Shown here one piece after another: positions 49,784-59,318 of a DNA stretch of 64,000 nucleotides. The stretch lies in NCBI GenBank assembly GCA_051744985.1, contig JBNJDP010000003.1:310-64309 (forward strand), in the 5' to 3' direction. Below the pieces are notes generated by a model, which saw only the letters and a list, made by a program, of their open reading frames with translations, ran no database searches and was not told the DNA's origin. Numbering within the stretch: the stretch's first letter is position 1; every line of letters starts with the position of its first letter. The DNA is from Chlamydiota bacterium. Its GTDB lineage: Bacteria; Chlamydiota; Chlamydiia; Chlamydiales; JABHNK01. A program made the position numbers and the translations under genes.

Positions 49784-51061
49784 TCACCCTTGCCCAAAAC
49801 CTTGCTCTATCAAGCTATAAGTTCTCTCGACAGCCCCCCTTTCTTTTTGCCAGAGCTTTTTACCGGCATTGCTTAGTTGCTTATAGTAATCTTGGTCGCC
49901 GAGCAGATTCTTAACAACTTTTCTAAGACTATTTATTTCGACCTGCTCGCCGGCATGATAACTATGAAGCAATTCAATAAAATCGGGCTGGGAATACATA
50001 TAAGGGCCACAGACAACAGGTGTGCCATACCATAGCGGCTCAAGGATATTATGCCCTCCCACACCATTGACAAAGCTGCCTCCCACAACAGCTATCGTCG
50101 CCAATTGATATAGGTTCCTTAGCACCCCCATAGCATCGACGAGGATAACCCTTTCATCACCAATCCGATCTCCAATAGAGCTATAGCGGGCAAAAGGTAA
50201 TTTATTAGCTTTTAAGAGGTCAGCAACAGCCTCAAAGCGCTCAGGGTGGCGTGGTACTACCGCTATCAAAATGTCGGGAATATCAGCTAGCGCCTCTAGC
50301 AATAATTCCTCTTCCCCAGGGTGCGTCGACCCCAACACTACGAGCTGTCGTTGACTACCTAATCCAAGTGTGCGGCGCCAAACTTCCAGCTCACTAGTTG
50401 ACAATGAAGGATAGCTATCATCAAGCTTGAGGTTGCCAGTAACTGTCACTTTACCACCATCTACTCCTAGGTCAATAAAGCGCTGGCGATACTGCTTTCC
50501 TTGGACAGCATAAATATCGAATAAATTGAAAAGGTCTTGGAAAATCCACCAAAATTGGCGATAGCGTTTCTGTGAACGAGATGAAAGCTTACCATTGACC
50601 AAGCAAAGCTTGGCTCCACATTTTTTCGCAGAGCTCAAAAAATTATACCAAAAATCGGTTTCTACAACGATCACAATATCGGGAGAACAGCGCTTGACGA
50701 TAGGAGATATTATAATCCTTAAATCTAAAGGAAGGTAAACATGATAGTCAGCCTGGGACAAAGTCTTTAATGCTTCTCTGTAACCAGTCTCTGTAACAAC
50801 AGAAACCAGAATAAGTATCTGAGGGTTTTCAGCCTTAATCTTTTTAATGAGTCCTGCAGCTGCTTTAACCTCTCCAACCGACACGGTATGGACCCATAGC
50901 AATTGACGCCCCCTTTTTTCGATATAGGGGAAATCTACCCCCAAGCGATATTTCAAACTGCGCCGATACTTACCATGCCGCCAATAATCCCAAAGGACTT
51001 TTGGCAAAAAGCACAAGCCCCCTATTGACAACAAGGTTTCATATAATATCTTTTTAAGCAT
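49784..51061 (-). CDS. waaA: 3-deoxy-D-manno-octulosonic acid (Kdo) transferase
   Basis: LWVHTVSVGEVKAAAGLI, GGSFVNGVGGHNILEP, 425 aa. Confidence 0.88.
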   Translation of the reverse strand: MLKKILYETLLSIGGLCFLPKVLWDYWRHGKYRRSLKYRLGVDFPYIEKRGRQLLWVHTVSVGEVKAAAGLIKKIKAENPQILILVSVVTETGYREALKTLSQADYHVYLPLDLRIIISPIVKRCSPDIVIVVETDFWYNFLSSAKKCGAKLCLVNGKLSSRSQKRYRQFWWIFQDLFNLFDIYAVQGKQYRQRFIDLGVDGGKVTVTGNLKLDDSYPSLSTSELEVWRRTLGLGSQRQLVVLGSTHPGEEELLLEALADIPDILIAVVPRHPERFEAVADLLKANKLPFARYSSIGDRIGDERVILVDAMGVLRNLYQLATIAVVGGSFVNGVGGHNILEPLWYGTPVVCGPYMYSQPDFIELLHSYHAGEQVEINSLRKVVKNLLGDQDYYKQLSNAGKKLWQKERGAVERTYSLIEQGFGQG

Positions 51062-51164
51062 TAAGACCTTAACATCGAATAAAAGTAATAGGCATTATAA
51101 CATCGCTCTTAATCATTGCAATAATAAAGGAAACCTCTAAAGCCTGTTCTTATCATAAGATCAC

Positions 51165-52568
51165 TCAAGAATCGTCCTCTTCTACAAGAACTTCTGTGTC
51201 CCATCCCTCGAGAATCTCAGCAACCTCTTCGTCGGCTTCTTCAATAGCTTGGCGCTGTTCTTGGGTCAATGTCTCTATGATCGTATTTTGCACTACTTCA
51301 ATTTGTCTTTCTTGCTCTGCTAGTGTATTTTGAACCCATTTTTCAATTTCTTTACGATAGTGAAAAAGATCTCCTAATGCCTCATTATCTACTAGCGGTG
51401 CTTCCGAGGATTTAGCCCTTTCTTTCATTAACTTCTCTACAGCTGCCAAAGCTTTCTTTATCCGCTCTAACTCGTCCTGATCGTTTTTTGTCAGTGCCTG
51501 TATCGCCCCAACTCCATCACGACCAGGCTCCAAAGCTTTAAGCTCTTCTTCTTTTTGTGCTTCTAAACCTTTCAGCCAACTTTGCAACCGCTCCAAAGAA
51601 AGTCCTCCAGGGACATTTTCTGTTTGCCACAGTATGATATGGTCGTAGATAGCTTCATCAATAGCTTTTTGGCGCTCGTTCCTTTTTATGCCCCCTTTAA
51701 GCTTGCCTAACACTGTTTCTGGCTTATCTTGAGCATCCTTTAATTTACCTCGCCGATCTTCCCACTGCTTTTTTTGATCTCTAAACCCTTTTACAGCCTC
51801 AGCAATATCACCTAGACTAGAGGATTTTGGAGACGCCTGAGGAAAAACCTTTGAGATAGCCGAGGCAATCTGATTATATTTATCTTCAGAAAGAAGAGAT
51901 TCTTCCTTTTTAGCGACCGTTGTAGTTTCAACGGCAGGACCTTCTTCTATTTTCTGTTCTTCGAACTTCTTTACTTCAGGAGCTTCTTTTGGCTCTACTT
52001 CCTCTACTATCGGCTGTTGTATACCACCTTCGGGCCCCTCTACTTTCGGACCTTCTTCTGGCTCTACTTCCTCATCACCTTCGGTCTCCTCTACTTCAGG
52101 AGATTCTTCTGGCTTTTCAGTTTTCTCTACTTTTGGCTGCGGATTATTCAAGATTTTATTGGCTATTGATTGAACTTCTTTAATTACCCCCGTTAAATTT
52201 TCTTTTTTTATTTGTTTGTATTCATAAACACGCGGTGTTTGTGTTGAGGGCGGAAAAAACTTAGCTCTTTGTGGGTTCATATGCGCTGATGAAAACTCTT
52301 TTTCAAGCTCCCCTGTCTCGTTGATTACCTTTAAAATATTTATGGCCATCTTCTCCCAATCTTCTTTATTAGCTTTAGCAGCCTCTGAAGTGCTCGCTAA
52401 ACGCCTGCCACCGCTGTTAACGGTAAACTTATATTTTTTACCATTAGGCAAGATAAGGCGACCTTCCTGGTGCATATCGTCAAGTTTTTTATCAAAATCA
52501 AGGCCTTTCTCTCCATAAATAGATTTTAAATTACTAAAATCTGAAGATGAAAAATCAAAGAGCGCCAT
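51165..52568 (-). CDS. Hypothetical acidic protein with a Glu/Pro/Val-rich low-complexity core
   Basis: ORF with GGAGG SD 8 nt before ATG 52568. The core reads KPEESPEVEETEGDEEVEPEEGPKVEGPEGGIQQPIVEEVEPKEAPEVKK. The C-terminal half is coiled-coil-like. Confidence 0.5.
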   Translation of the reverse strand: MALFDFSSSDFSNLKSIYGEKGLDFDKKLDDMHQEGRLILPNGKKYKFTVNSGGRRLASTSEAAKANKEDWEKMAINILKVINETGELEKEFSSAHMNPQRAKFFPPSTQTPRVYEYKQIKKENLTGVIKEVQSIANKILNNPQPKVEKTEKPEESPEVEETEGDEEVEPEEGPKVEGPEGGIQQPIVEEVEPKEAPEVKKFEEQKIEEGPAVETTTVAKKEESLLSEDKYNQIASAISKVFPQASPKSSSLGDIAEAVKGFRDQKKQWEDRRGKLKDAQDKPETVLGKLKGGIKRNERQKAIDEAIYDHIILWQTENVPGGLSLERLQSWLKGLEAQKEEELKALEPGRDGVGAIQALTKNDQDELERIKKALAAVEKLMKERAKSSEAPLVDNEALGDLFHYRKEIEKWVQNTLAEQERQIEVVQNTIIETLTQEQRQAIEEADEEVAEILEGWDTEVLVEEDDS

Positions 52569-52676
52569 AAAATTATCCTCCGCTTTATTCAATTTCATTT
52601 TACCATATTTCTCTTGAAGTATACAACTTGCTAAATACGATTATTAACACTTCCGAGTTTTGGTTGACATTTGGGG

Positions 52677-52705
52677 TTGTCTAGCATATCTTTTCGGTCT
52701 ATAAT
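52677..52705 (+). promoter_or_regulatory. Candidate dnaN promoter
   Basis: TTGTCT (52677-52682), a 17-nt spacer, then TATAAT (52700-52705), 35 nt upstream of the dnaN ATG. Confidence 0.3.
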
Positions 52706-52739
52706 TGTTGACCTATTTAAAATTCGTGAGGGAAAATCT

Positions 52740-53837
52740 ATGAAATTCATCATATCCAAAAATGAGCTAAGTGAGCTAATCGGACATATTCAAAATGTTG
52801 TCGCCCAAAAAGGATCCATCCCTATTCTTTCCAACTTCTTAATCGAAGCAGTTGGCAATGAGATTGTGATGACTGCCACCGATCTAACCGTAGGCGTACG
52901 CTGCCGTACCGAAGCCAAAGTTATTGAAGAAGGAGCTACAACTTTACCTGCCAAGCGCTTTTTCCAACTTATTAGAGAACTAACAGCTCCCCACATTGAA
53001 TTTTCATGCAATGCTAACGACGTTACTCAGATCATCGCTGGAGACTCCCGATTTCATATCAACGGGATGAACAAAAGTGAATTCCCTTCACTCCCCAACC
53101 TATCGGGAGCTACCCAATTTAATATTCAAGGCGAGCAACTCAAAGAAGCTCTCTTCCGAACGGCTTTTGCTGTTTCCAAAGAAGAACACCGTCATATTTT
53201 GACAGGAGTGTTGATGGGCATCGAGAACGGCAACATTTCCTTCGTTGGCACTGACGGTAAGCGTCTAGCAAAGATGGAGCAAACCGTCACTATCGATCCC
53301 GCCTTTAGCGGAAAGTTCGTCTTGCCCATCAAAGCTGTCGATGAGATGCTCAAAATCCCTAGCTCCAATAACGTCACTATCTACTTAATGGAAGACCGCA
53401 TCGCCATAGAAGCTGATAAGATTACAATCATCACCAAACTACTTTCGGGCGAATACCCCGATGTTACCAGAGTCATCCCTCAAACTGCTGAGACCACTAT
53501 CACCCTTCACCGCGAAGAGCTTATGAGTTTGTTGCGCCAAATCTCTCTCTTCACACCCAATAATGATCACCCTGTACGTTTTATCTTCTCCGACGGTAAC
53601 CTCAAGCTAAGTGCTAACGATGCTGAAGTTGGCGACGCCAAGGTCAATATGCCCGTAAACTACAGCGGAGAACCCCTTCAGATAGCTTTTAACCCGGGAT
53701 ACTTTCTAGACATCTTGCGCCACAGCAAAGATGAAACCGTTAATATCGACTTGATCGACTGTTATAATCCAGGAATCATCACTGACAGCTCGACTGCTCT
53801 GTGTGTCTTAATGCCTATGAGACTTAATGAAGAGTGA
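52740..53837 (+). CDS. dnaN: DNA polymerase III beta sliding clamp
   Basis: MKFIISKNELSELIGHIQNVV...ILSNFLIEA...ATDLTV...LMPMRL. 366 aa from ATG 52740 (the track start 52671 is over-extended). Confidence 0.93.
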   Translation: MKFIISKNELSELIGHIQNVVAQKGSIPILSNFLIEAVGNEIVMTATDLTVGVRCRTEAKVIEEGATTLPAKRFFQLIRELTAPHIEFSCNANDVTQIIAGDSRFHINGMNKSEFPSLPNLSGATQFNIQGEQLKEALFRTAFAVSKEEHRHILTGVLMGIENGNISFVGTDGKRLAKMEQTVTIDPAFSGKFVLPIKAVDEMLKIPSSNNVTIYLMEDRIAIEADKITIITKLLSGEYPDVTRVIPQTAETTITLHREELMSLLRQISLFTPNNDHPVRFIFSDGNLKLSANDAEVGDAKVNMPVNYSGEPLQIAFNPGYFLDILRHSKDETVNIDLIDCYNPGIITDSSTALCVLMPMRLNEE

Positions 53838-53914
53838 TAGCTATTTCTTAGCAGCAAGGCATAATATAGCTGATAGGCTTTTATCAGCTATTAAACCTCA
53901 GCTGACCTACTGCT

Positions 53915-55000
53915 ATGTTGCTTAACTGGATATATTTAAAAGACTTCCGCAACTATGCCAATGCCTTAGTGGAGTTTTCCCCGACAATCAATGGAATTGT
54001 CGGTGCTAACGCTCAAGGTAAAACCAATCTGCTGGAAGCTATCTATTTTTTAATTACAGGACGTTCCTTCCGCACTTCTCAGCTTAGTGATCTTATCAAA
54101 GACGGTGCTACTCACTTTTATATCGAAGCAGGCTTTACCAAAGAAAATTTTGAGCAAACGATAAGGATCACCTGTGACGGCAAACAGCGCAACATCATCT
54201 ATAACAATACCCGATTAACTAACACTTCTCAGCTGCTAGGGATCTTACAAGGGGTGATTCTCTCTCCTGAAGACAAAGAGATCGTCAAAGGAGCTCCACA
54301 AGTTCGCCGACGCTTTATCGATATCCACCTCGCCCAAAGCGACCCTTTATATGTCTATAAACTTTCCCGCTACAATCGTGCTATGAAGCATCGTAATCAA
54401 CTCCTCCGCCTTCATAAGCTTGAAGGTATCGAAAGCTGGGAGCAGGAGATGAGTAATGCTGCTGCCTATATCGTCCAACGTCGACGCCAAGCATTAGATA
54501 AATTAAAAGCAAGCTGCTTCGAAACACAGCACGCCATTAGCGACAAAGCCGATGACCTAAAGATCTTCTATAAAAGTTCAGCTTTAGCTGCTTCGGAGTT
54601 AAAAAGTATTGCCGAGCATTATAAAGCCCTATATGCCAAACAGCGACCGCGCGAAGTCGAGCAGCGTCATACCATCTCGGGACCTCATCGCGATGACTTC
54701 AGCATCACCATCAATGATCAAGATGCCCGATATTTTTCAAGCGAAGGCCAACAGCGTAGCAGCGTAGCAGCCTTACGTTTTGCCGAGTGGCATTGCTTAA
54801 ATAACGATTGTGAGGGCTTGCCGCTGATGGCTATCGATGATCTAGGTATCAGCCTCGACCAACAGCGCCGATCGAACTTATGCCGACAACTAACCTCATT
54901 AGGCCAGGTGTTTATCACTGCGACCGATGAGGTGGAAGAGCTTGCTTCAAATCCATCCTCTTCACTGATAAAAGTCCAGAAAGGCCACATCGCTAATTAA
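53915..55000 (+). CDS. recF: DNA replication/repair protein RecF
   Basis: LKDFRNY...GANAQGKTNLLEAIYFL Walker A motif and SGPHRDDF...SEGQQRS signature. Confidence 0.92.
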   Translation: MLLNWIYLKDFRNYANALVEFSPTINGIVGANAQGKTNLLEAIYFLITGRSFRTSQLSDLIKDGATHFYIEAGFTKENFEQTIRITCDGKQRNIIYNNTRLTNTSQLLGILQGVILSPEDKEIVKGAPQVRRRFIDIHLAQSDPLYVYKLSRYNRAMKHRNQLLRLHKLEGIESWEQEMSNAAAYIVQRRRQALDKLKASCFETQHAISDKADDLKIFYKSSALAASELKSIAEHYKALYAKQRPREVEQRHTISGPHRDDFSITINDQDARYFSSEGQQRSSVAALRFAEWHCLNNDCEGLPLMAIDDLGISLDQQRRSNLCRQLTSLGQVFITATDEVEELASNPSSSLIKVQKGHIAN

Positions 55001-55047
55001 ACCCGTGATGCCCCCTAATTTGATTCTCATCCTTGATCGCAGCCCGA

Positions 55048-55503
55048 TCACTGCATATAATTTTTCTGTATTTGCGACATCTGGCGTTTTTCATCACGCT
55101 CTTTGATAGCTGCTCGCTTATCATGATGTTTTTTACCACGAGCAATAGCAACCTTAACTTTAACTCGGCCCCGCTTTAGGTACATCGCTAAAGGCACAAT
55201 AGTTAAGCCTTTCTCTTGTACAGCGACTTTAAGCTTTTCTATTTCATAGTGGTGAACGAGGAGCTTTCTATCACGGCGCTCTTCATGGTTATGGATATTC
55301 CCGAATTTGTACTGGGGTATATGAGCCCCTATCAACCACAATTCCCCGTGAATAATTTTTATGTACGCTTCTTGCAAACTGCCACTATGAGCCCTGAGAG
55401 CTTTGATTTCTGTACCTGTCAGAACAATCCCGGCTTCATAAGTATCCAAAATCTCATAGTCGTAGCGCGCTTTGCGGTTGTTAACAATATCTGTCATAGT
55501 CAA
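55048..55503 (-). CDS. smpB: SsrA-binding protein
   Basis: NRKARYDYEILDTYEAGIVLTGTEIKALR...RKLLVHHYEI...GKKHHDKR. Confidence 0.93.
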   Translation of the reverse strand: MTMTDIVNNRKARYDYEILDTYEAGIVLTGTEIKALRAHSGSLQEAYIKIIHGELWLIGAHIPQYKFGNIHNHEERRDRKLLVHHYEIEKLKVAVQEKGLTIVPLAMYLKRGRVKVKVAIARGKKHHDKRAAIKERDEKRQMSQIQKNYMQ

Positions 55504-56909
55504 TGCCTCATTATAACTTTAAAACAGGGTTTACCATGATGTGTTCCTATTTCAACTTGCCCTGCCTCGAAAAGTTTTTCAAAAATCGATGCTTCAATAT
55601 ATCGGCGCTCTTCAGGAGAATACTTAGGAAGAGCATACGCCCAATGACGCCCTCGTTTTTTTAGCATCACGGGATCGGTATCGCCAATACCACTGGTCAT
55701 AGTTTTCATATAGTCTTCAAAATAAATCCAACCGAGGCTGGCAACACTTTCCAAACTATGCTCAACATGACGATGATTACGTAAAGTCATCAAATGCTTA
55801 GGCACATCATAATCGATAAAATCATAGCGAGGATGCTTAAGAATATAAAGAGAGCGCTGAGCATCGGTCATCCTCAGCCAATTACCAGCTAATTCGGTCA
55901 TCATCAGCTTACCATTCTGGACTTCACCCATCCTCATCTGAATGATCCTGATAATAATTCTATCCAGATAACACTTGCTTTTTTGATAATCATCGGAAAA
56001 TTTGCATTGTGACAATAAGGTTGCCGCTGTTCTCTCTGCTAGAGAGTAACCCGAATCCTCCTCTTGAACTGTCAAAGGAGCCTCCTTAACTGCTTTGATG
56101 ACGGACGTCATATCGGAAACAAAAGCATGCCCTGGATCTGTAGGAGTTTCGATATTTTCGACATCTTCAATAGTATGAGGCGTGCTGTCGGCAAGGTACT
56201 GAAGGTATTTACCCCATTCATAAAAAGGCGTAACGATTTCCTTCCAATCTTGTCCTAGACGCTTATACCTTAAGCAGCAAACGCAATTGAATTCTAGGTG
56301 CAGCATATATTCTTCAAATTCTTCACGGCTAAGGTTATACTTTTCGCGGATGTCATGAGAACGTAGCTGCAGTTCTGGGGAAGAAAAAAGGTCGTCGATG
56401 ATATCATTAAAGATAGGATCTTCAAAGTTAAGCTCTTCGAGGTAACGTTGATAGTTTTTGGGATACAAAAGATACTTTTCTACTAGCGACTGAAAGATAT
56501 TGTCGGAAGTACGAGAAATCATATACCAGCTAGGCAAAACATGAATAGGGACCTTGCGCAAAAGCCCCTGAAAAAACTCCATCCCCGGCTTAAAATCCTC
56601 ATCGAATTTCATAATCTGAAAGTCGTAATACTTCCTCATCTCCTTGTCGACAATAATGCTATGACCTTCTATTTTAAATAGCCCCGTCTTAAGAAGCTTA
56701 TCCAAAGAAGGCATAATAGCACTGATGGGTTCTTCTAGCTGCTCGGAAATTTCTTCTATTGAGACTTTTAAAGAGCTATTGAGGATCTCATCGAGAACGT
56801 CAACATCTAAAGTCGTAAAGTGAGCCATCATGATCCGGTTCTCAATATCACGCTTATAATCATAGTCTTCGAGGTTGATTTTATTTTTTTTAGTATTACC
56901 TACGATCAT
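55500..56909 (-). CDS. Hypothetical protein (469 aa)
   Basis: Clean ORF overlapping the smpB start by 4 nt. No motif recognised. Confidence 0.5.
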   Translation of the reverse strand: MIVGNTKKNKINLEDYDYKRDIENRIMMAHFTTLDVDVLDEILNSSLKVSIEEISEQLEEPISAIMPSLDKLLKTGLFKIEGHSIIVDKEMRKYYDFQIMKFDEDFKPGMEFFQGLLRKVPIHVLPSWYMISRTSDNIFQSLVEKYLLYPKNYQRYLEELNFEDPIFNDIIDDLFSSPELQLRSHDIREKYNLSREEFEEYMLHLEFNCVCCLRYKRLGQDWKEIVTPFYEWGKYLQYLADSTPHTIEDVENIETPTDPGHAFVSDMTSVIKAVKEAPLTVQEEDSGYSLAERTAATLLSQCKFSDDYQKSKCYLDRIIIRIIQMRMGEVQNGKLMMTELAGNWLRMTDAQRSLYILKHPRYDFIDYDVPKHLMTLRNHRHVEHSLESVASLGWIYFEDYMKTMTSGIGDTDPVMLKKRGRHWAYALPKYSPEERRYIEASIFEKLFEAGQVEIGTHHGKPCFKVIMRH

Positions 56910-57049
56910 CTTATTAATTCCGCCTTTATATTATAATATGGTATCTCCTCGCCCCGCACTTTATTATACGTAGAAGGAGCATTTTTTGCTAAACTATTTC
57001 GCCTTCCTGCCGATCACTATAATAGAGGTTAATTTAGGAAGAGGTATCT

Positions 57050-57172
57050 ATGAGTAAGAAGACAAAAAAAATCAAAAAAATAGGGTTGTTAGCTCGCCCC
57101 CAAAACAAGCGTATCAGAACTGCCACCGGTTGGCAAAAGCACGTCGCCAAAGAGCTGTCCGCCAGAGGCTAG
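57050..57172 (+). CDS. Candidate small basic protein (40 aa), below the ORF-track size cut-off
   Basis: ATG at 57050 preceded by GGAAGAGG. It encodes MSKKTKKIKKIGLLARPQNKRIRTATGWQKHVAKELSARG, with TAG at 57170-57172. Confidence 0.3.
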   Translation: MSKKTKKIKKIGLLARPQNKRIRTATGWQKHVAKELSARG

Positions 57173-57176
57173 CAAA

Positions 57177-58226
57177 TTATTCTTTTACCATCCCCAACCG
57201 ATTACATAGCAATTCTGCATTAAGAATCGCTCCCCCGGCAGCACCTCTCACGGTATTATGAGATAAGATCACAAATTTATAGTCTAGGAGCGAGCAAGGG
57301 CGCAAACGCCCAATACTAACGGCCATCCCATTTTCAAGGGTGCGATGAAACCGAGGCTGAGGATAACTTGGTTCAGAAAAATAATGCAAGGGCTGGTGAG
57401 GCGCCGAAGGCAGATTCAGCTTCTGAGGCCTCCCCCGAAAGCTTTTCCAAGCATTGGTAAGATCTTCAGCTTGTGCTGGTGTTTTTAATTTTACCGAAAC
57501 ACATTCTAAGTGACCATCACTGACAGGCACCCTATTACATTGAGAGCTGATAGTAATATCACCTAAAATCTTATGGGCTTCGCTCTCGATTTTATGTTCC
57601 TCTTCGGCAATATAAGGGATAATATTATCAATAATCTGGATAGCAGGCACCCCAGGCAAACCTGCCCCTGAGATACCTTGCATAGTAACAACTTGGACAG
57701 CTTCGACGCCGAACTTATCGACTAAAGGCTTTAAAGCTAATGCCAGCCCTGTTACAGCGCAGTTGGGGTTTGTAATAATTTTACCTTCAGGCCACTCTTG
57801 ATAACCTAGACTATCCAAATGATGAGGATTGACTTCAGGGATTAGCAGCGGCACCCCAGGGCTAAAGCGATGGTTTTTAGCATTAGAGACTACTAAATAA
57901 CCAGCACTAGCGAAGTTGCTTTCAATATCTCCAGCCACATTACTATCGAGCCCCGAAAAAACCAGCTTGGCAGGAAGATTAGGAAGGCACTCCTGTAGCT
58001 CCATAGAAGCTACTTTAGGGGGAATAGGAGCCGTCTGAATCCATTGGACGGCTTGTTCATATTTTTTCCCCGTCGAACGAGGAGAAGCTGCTAATGCTAC
58101 CACTTCAAAATAGGGATGATCGGCTAGCAGCTCGACAAATTTCTGGCCTACTGTGCCTGTCGCGCCTAGGATAGCTACGCTGATTTTTTTTTCTTTATTA
58201 CTAAAGGTAGGATCAATTGTTGCCAT
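57177..58226 (-). CDS. asd: Aspartate-semialdehyde dehydrogenase
   Basis: VAILGATGTVGQKF, NPNCAVTGLALALKPL and SHNTVRGAAGGAILNAE. Confidence 0.92.
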   Translation of the reverse strand: MATIDPTFSNKEKKISVAILGATGTVGQKFVELLADHPYFEVVALAASPRSTGKKYEQAVQWIQTAPIPPKVASMELQECLPNLPAKLVFSGLDSNVAGDIESNFASAGYLVVSNAKNHRFSPGVPLLIPEVNPHHLDSLGYQEWPEGKIITNPNCAVTGLALALKPLVDKFGVEAVQVVTMQGISGAGLPGVPAIQIIDNIIPYIAEEEHKIESEAHKILGDITISSQCNRVPVSDGHLECVSVKLKTPAQAEDLTNAWKSFRGRPQKLNLPSAPHQPLHYFSEPSYPQPRFHRTLENGMAVSIGRLRPCSLLDYKFVILSHNTVRGAAGGAILNAELLCNRLGMVKE

Positions 58227-58307
58227 GACAAAATTTCGTTGTTGAATTATTCATAAGCTATATTATAAAAAGAGGTCTATAACAAGTCTTTTAACGAGGT
58301 CAAGATA

Positions 58308-59165
58308 ATGCAATATACTAAAGACGAACTCAACCAAAATCTTTTGCTAGACAACAATCAGCGCAAGGTAGTGGGAGAAAAAGATCGCCCACAGATTGAA
58401 GCCTGCATCGCCGCTTTAGAGCCTAGGGGCAATGTCTTGGAAATCGGCTTCGGCATGGGATATTCGGCCAACAAAATCCAAGAATATCAACCTCTAAGCC
58501 ACACCATTATCGAAAACGACCCTATGGTGCTCAATAAGGCTCGAGAATGGGCTAAGGGGCGTCCCAATGTTTATATCATCGAAGGCTCCTGGCAAGAAAA
58601 TCTCGATAACCTTGGTGTCTTTGATACGATCTTCTGTGACTATCATGCTGGCGACCTCGAAGAAAATTTCAACCTCCAGCAAAACATCCATAAAATTTCT
58701 CAGGATTGCCAAAAAATCAATGACCAGATCCAGCAAAACCTAAAGTCTTTCAAAAATCTCAAATTTTCTGACCAAGATCTTGACAAATTTCTTGAAGACC
58801 TTAAAAAACAGGAAAACTTTTCGAGTTTCGATGTCGCTGACTTTATTGACAAGCTCGTTGATCAAGGAAATATTACAGCCCCCCAGCAGCAAGCTTTTCT
58901 CGAAAAATTTGAACAACAATTTAGCTCTATCTCTAATGAAGCCTCAGAATCATCTCCATCATCGCCACCAAAAAACATTCTGGAAAGCTGCTTAACGAAG
59001 ATGACCCCTGAAGCTAAACTAGCGACTCTTTTAAGCTTCGAAGATTACCGACGCCTGCAAGATTACCTTAAAGGAAGCCTAGCATCCTACTCTGGAATCT
59101 CTTGCATCCCTAAAGGCTTGCATGAAGCCGATGATGGGCTTATGTTGTTGATTACACGCTCATAA
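58308..59165 (+). CDS. SAM-dependent methyltransferase-like protein (GAMT/RMT2-like N-terminal half with a low-complexity insertion)
   Basis: GNVLEIGFGMGYSANKIQE...HTIIENDPMV...FDTIFCDYH resembles guanidinoacetate/arginine N-methyltransferase motifs as I recall them. The central ~100 aa are rich in Q/N/D/F/K. Confidence 0.45.
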   Translation: MQYTKDELNQNLLLDNNQRKVVGEKDRPQIEACIAALEPRGNVLEIGFGMGYSANKIQEYQPLSHTIIENDPMVLNKAREWAKGRPNVYIIEGSWQENLDNLGVFDTIFCDYHAGDLEENFNLQQNIHKISQDCQKINDQIQQNLKSFKNLKFSDQDLDKFLEDLKKQENFSSFDVADFIDKLVDQGNITAPQQQAFLEKFEQQFSSISNEASESSPSSPPKNILESCLTKMTPEAKLATLLSFEDYRRLQDYLKGSLASYSGISCIPKGLHEADDGLMLLITRS

Positions 59166-59171
59166 AAAAAC

Positions 59172-59198
59172 GCTGCTCAGACGAGCAGCATTTTTTTT
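59172..59198. terminator. Bidirectional rho-independent terminator between convergent genes
   Basis: gctgctc agac gagcagc is flanked by an A7 run upstream and a T8 run downstream. It serves 58308..59165 (+) and probably 59319..59756 (-). Confidence 0.65.
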
Positions 59199-59318
59199 AT
59201 TGCAATACTCACAGGAATCTTTGTGAGAAGCATCTGTACCCATGATTACAACCTAATCTTTCGTTAGCCAAATACTGTAGATAACGGTAAGGTTAGGTTA
59301 CAACCAAGAATTTTATCC

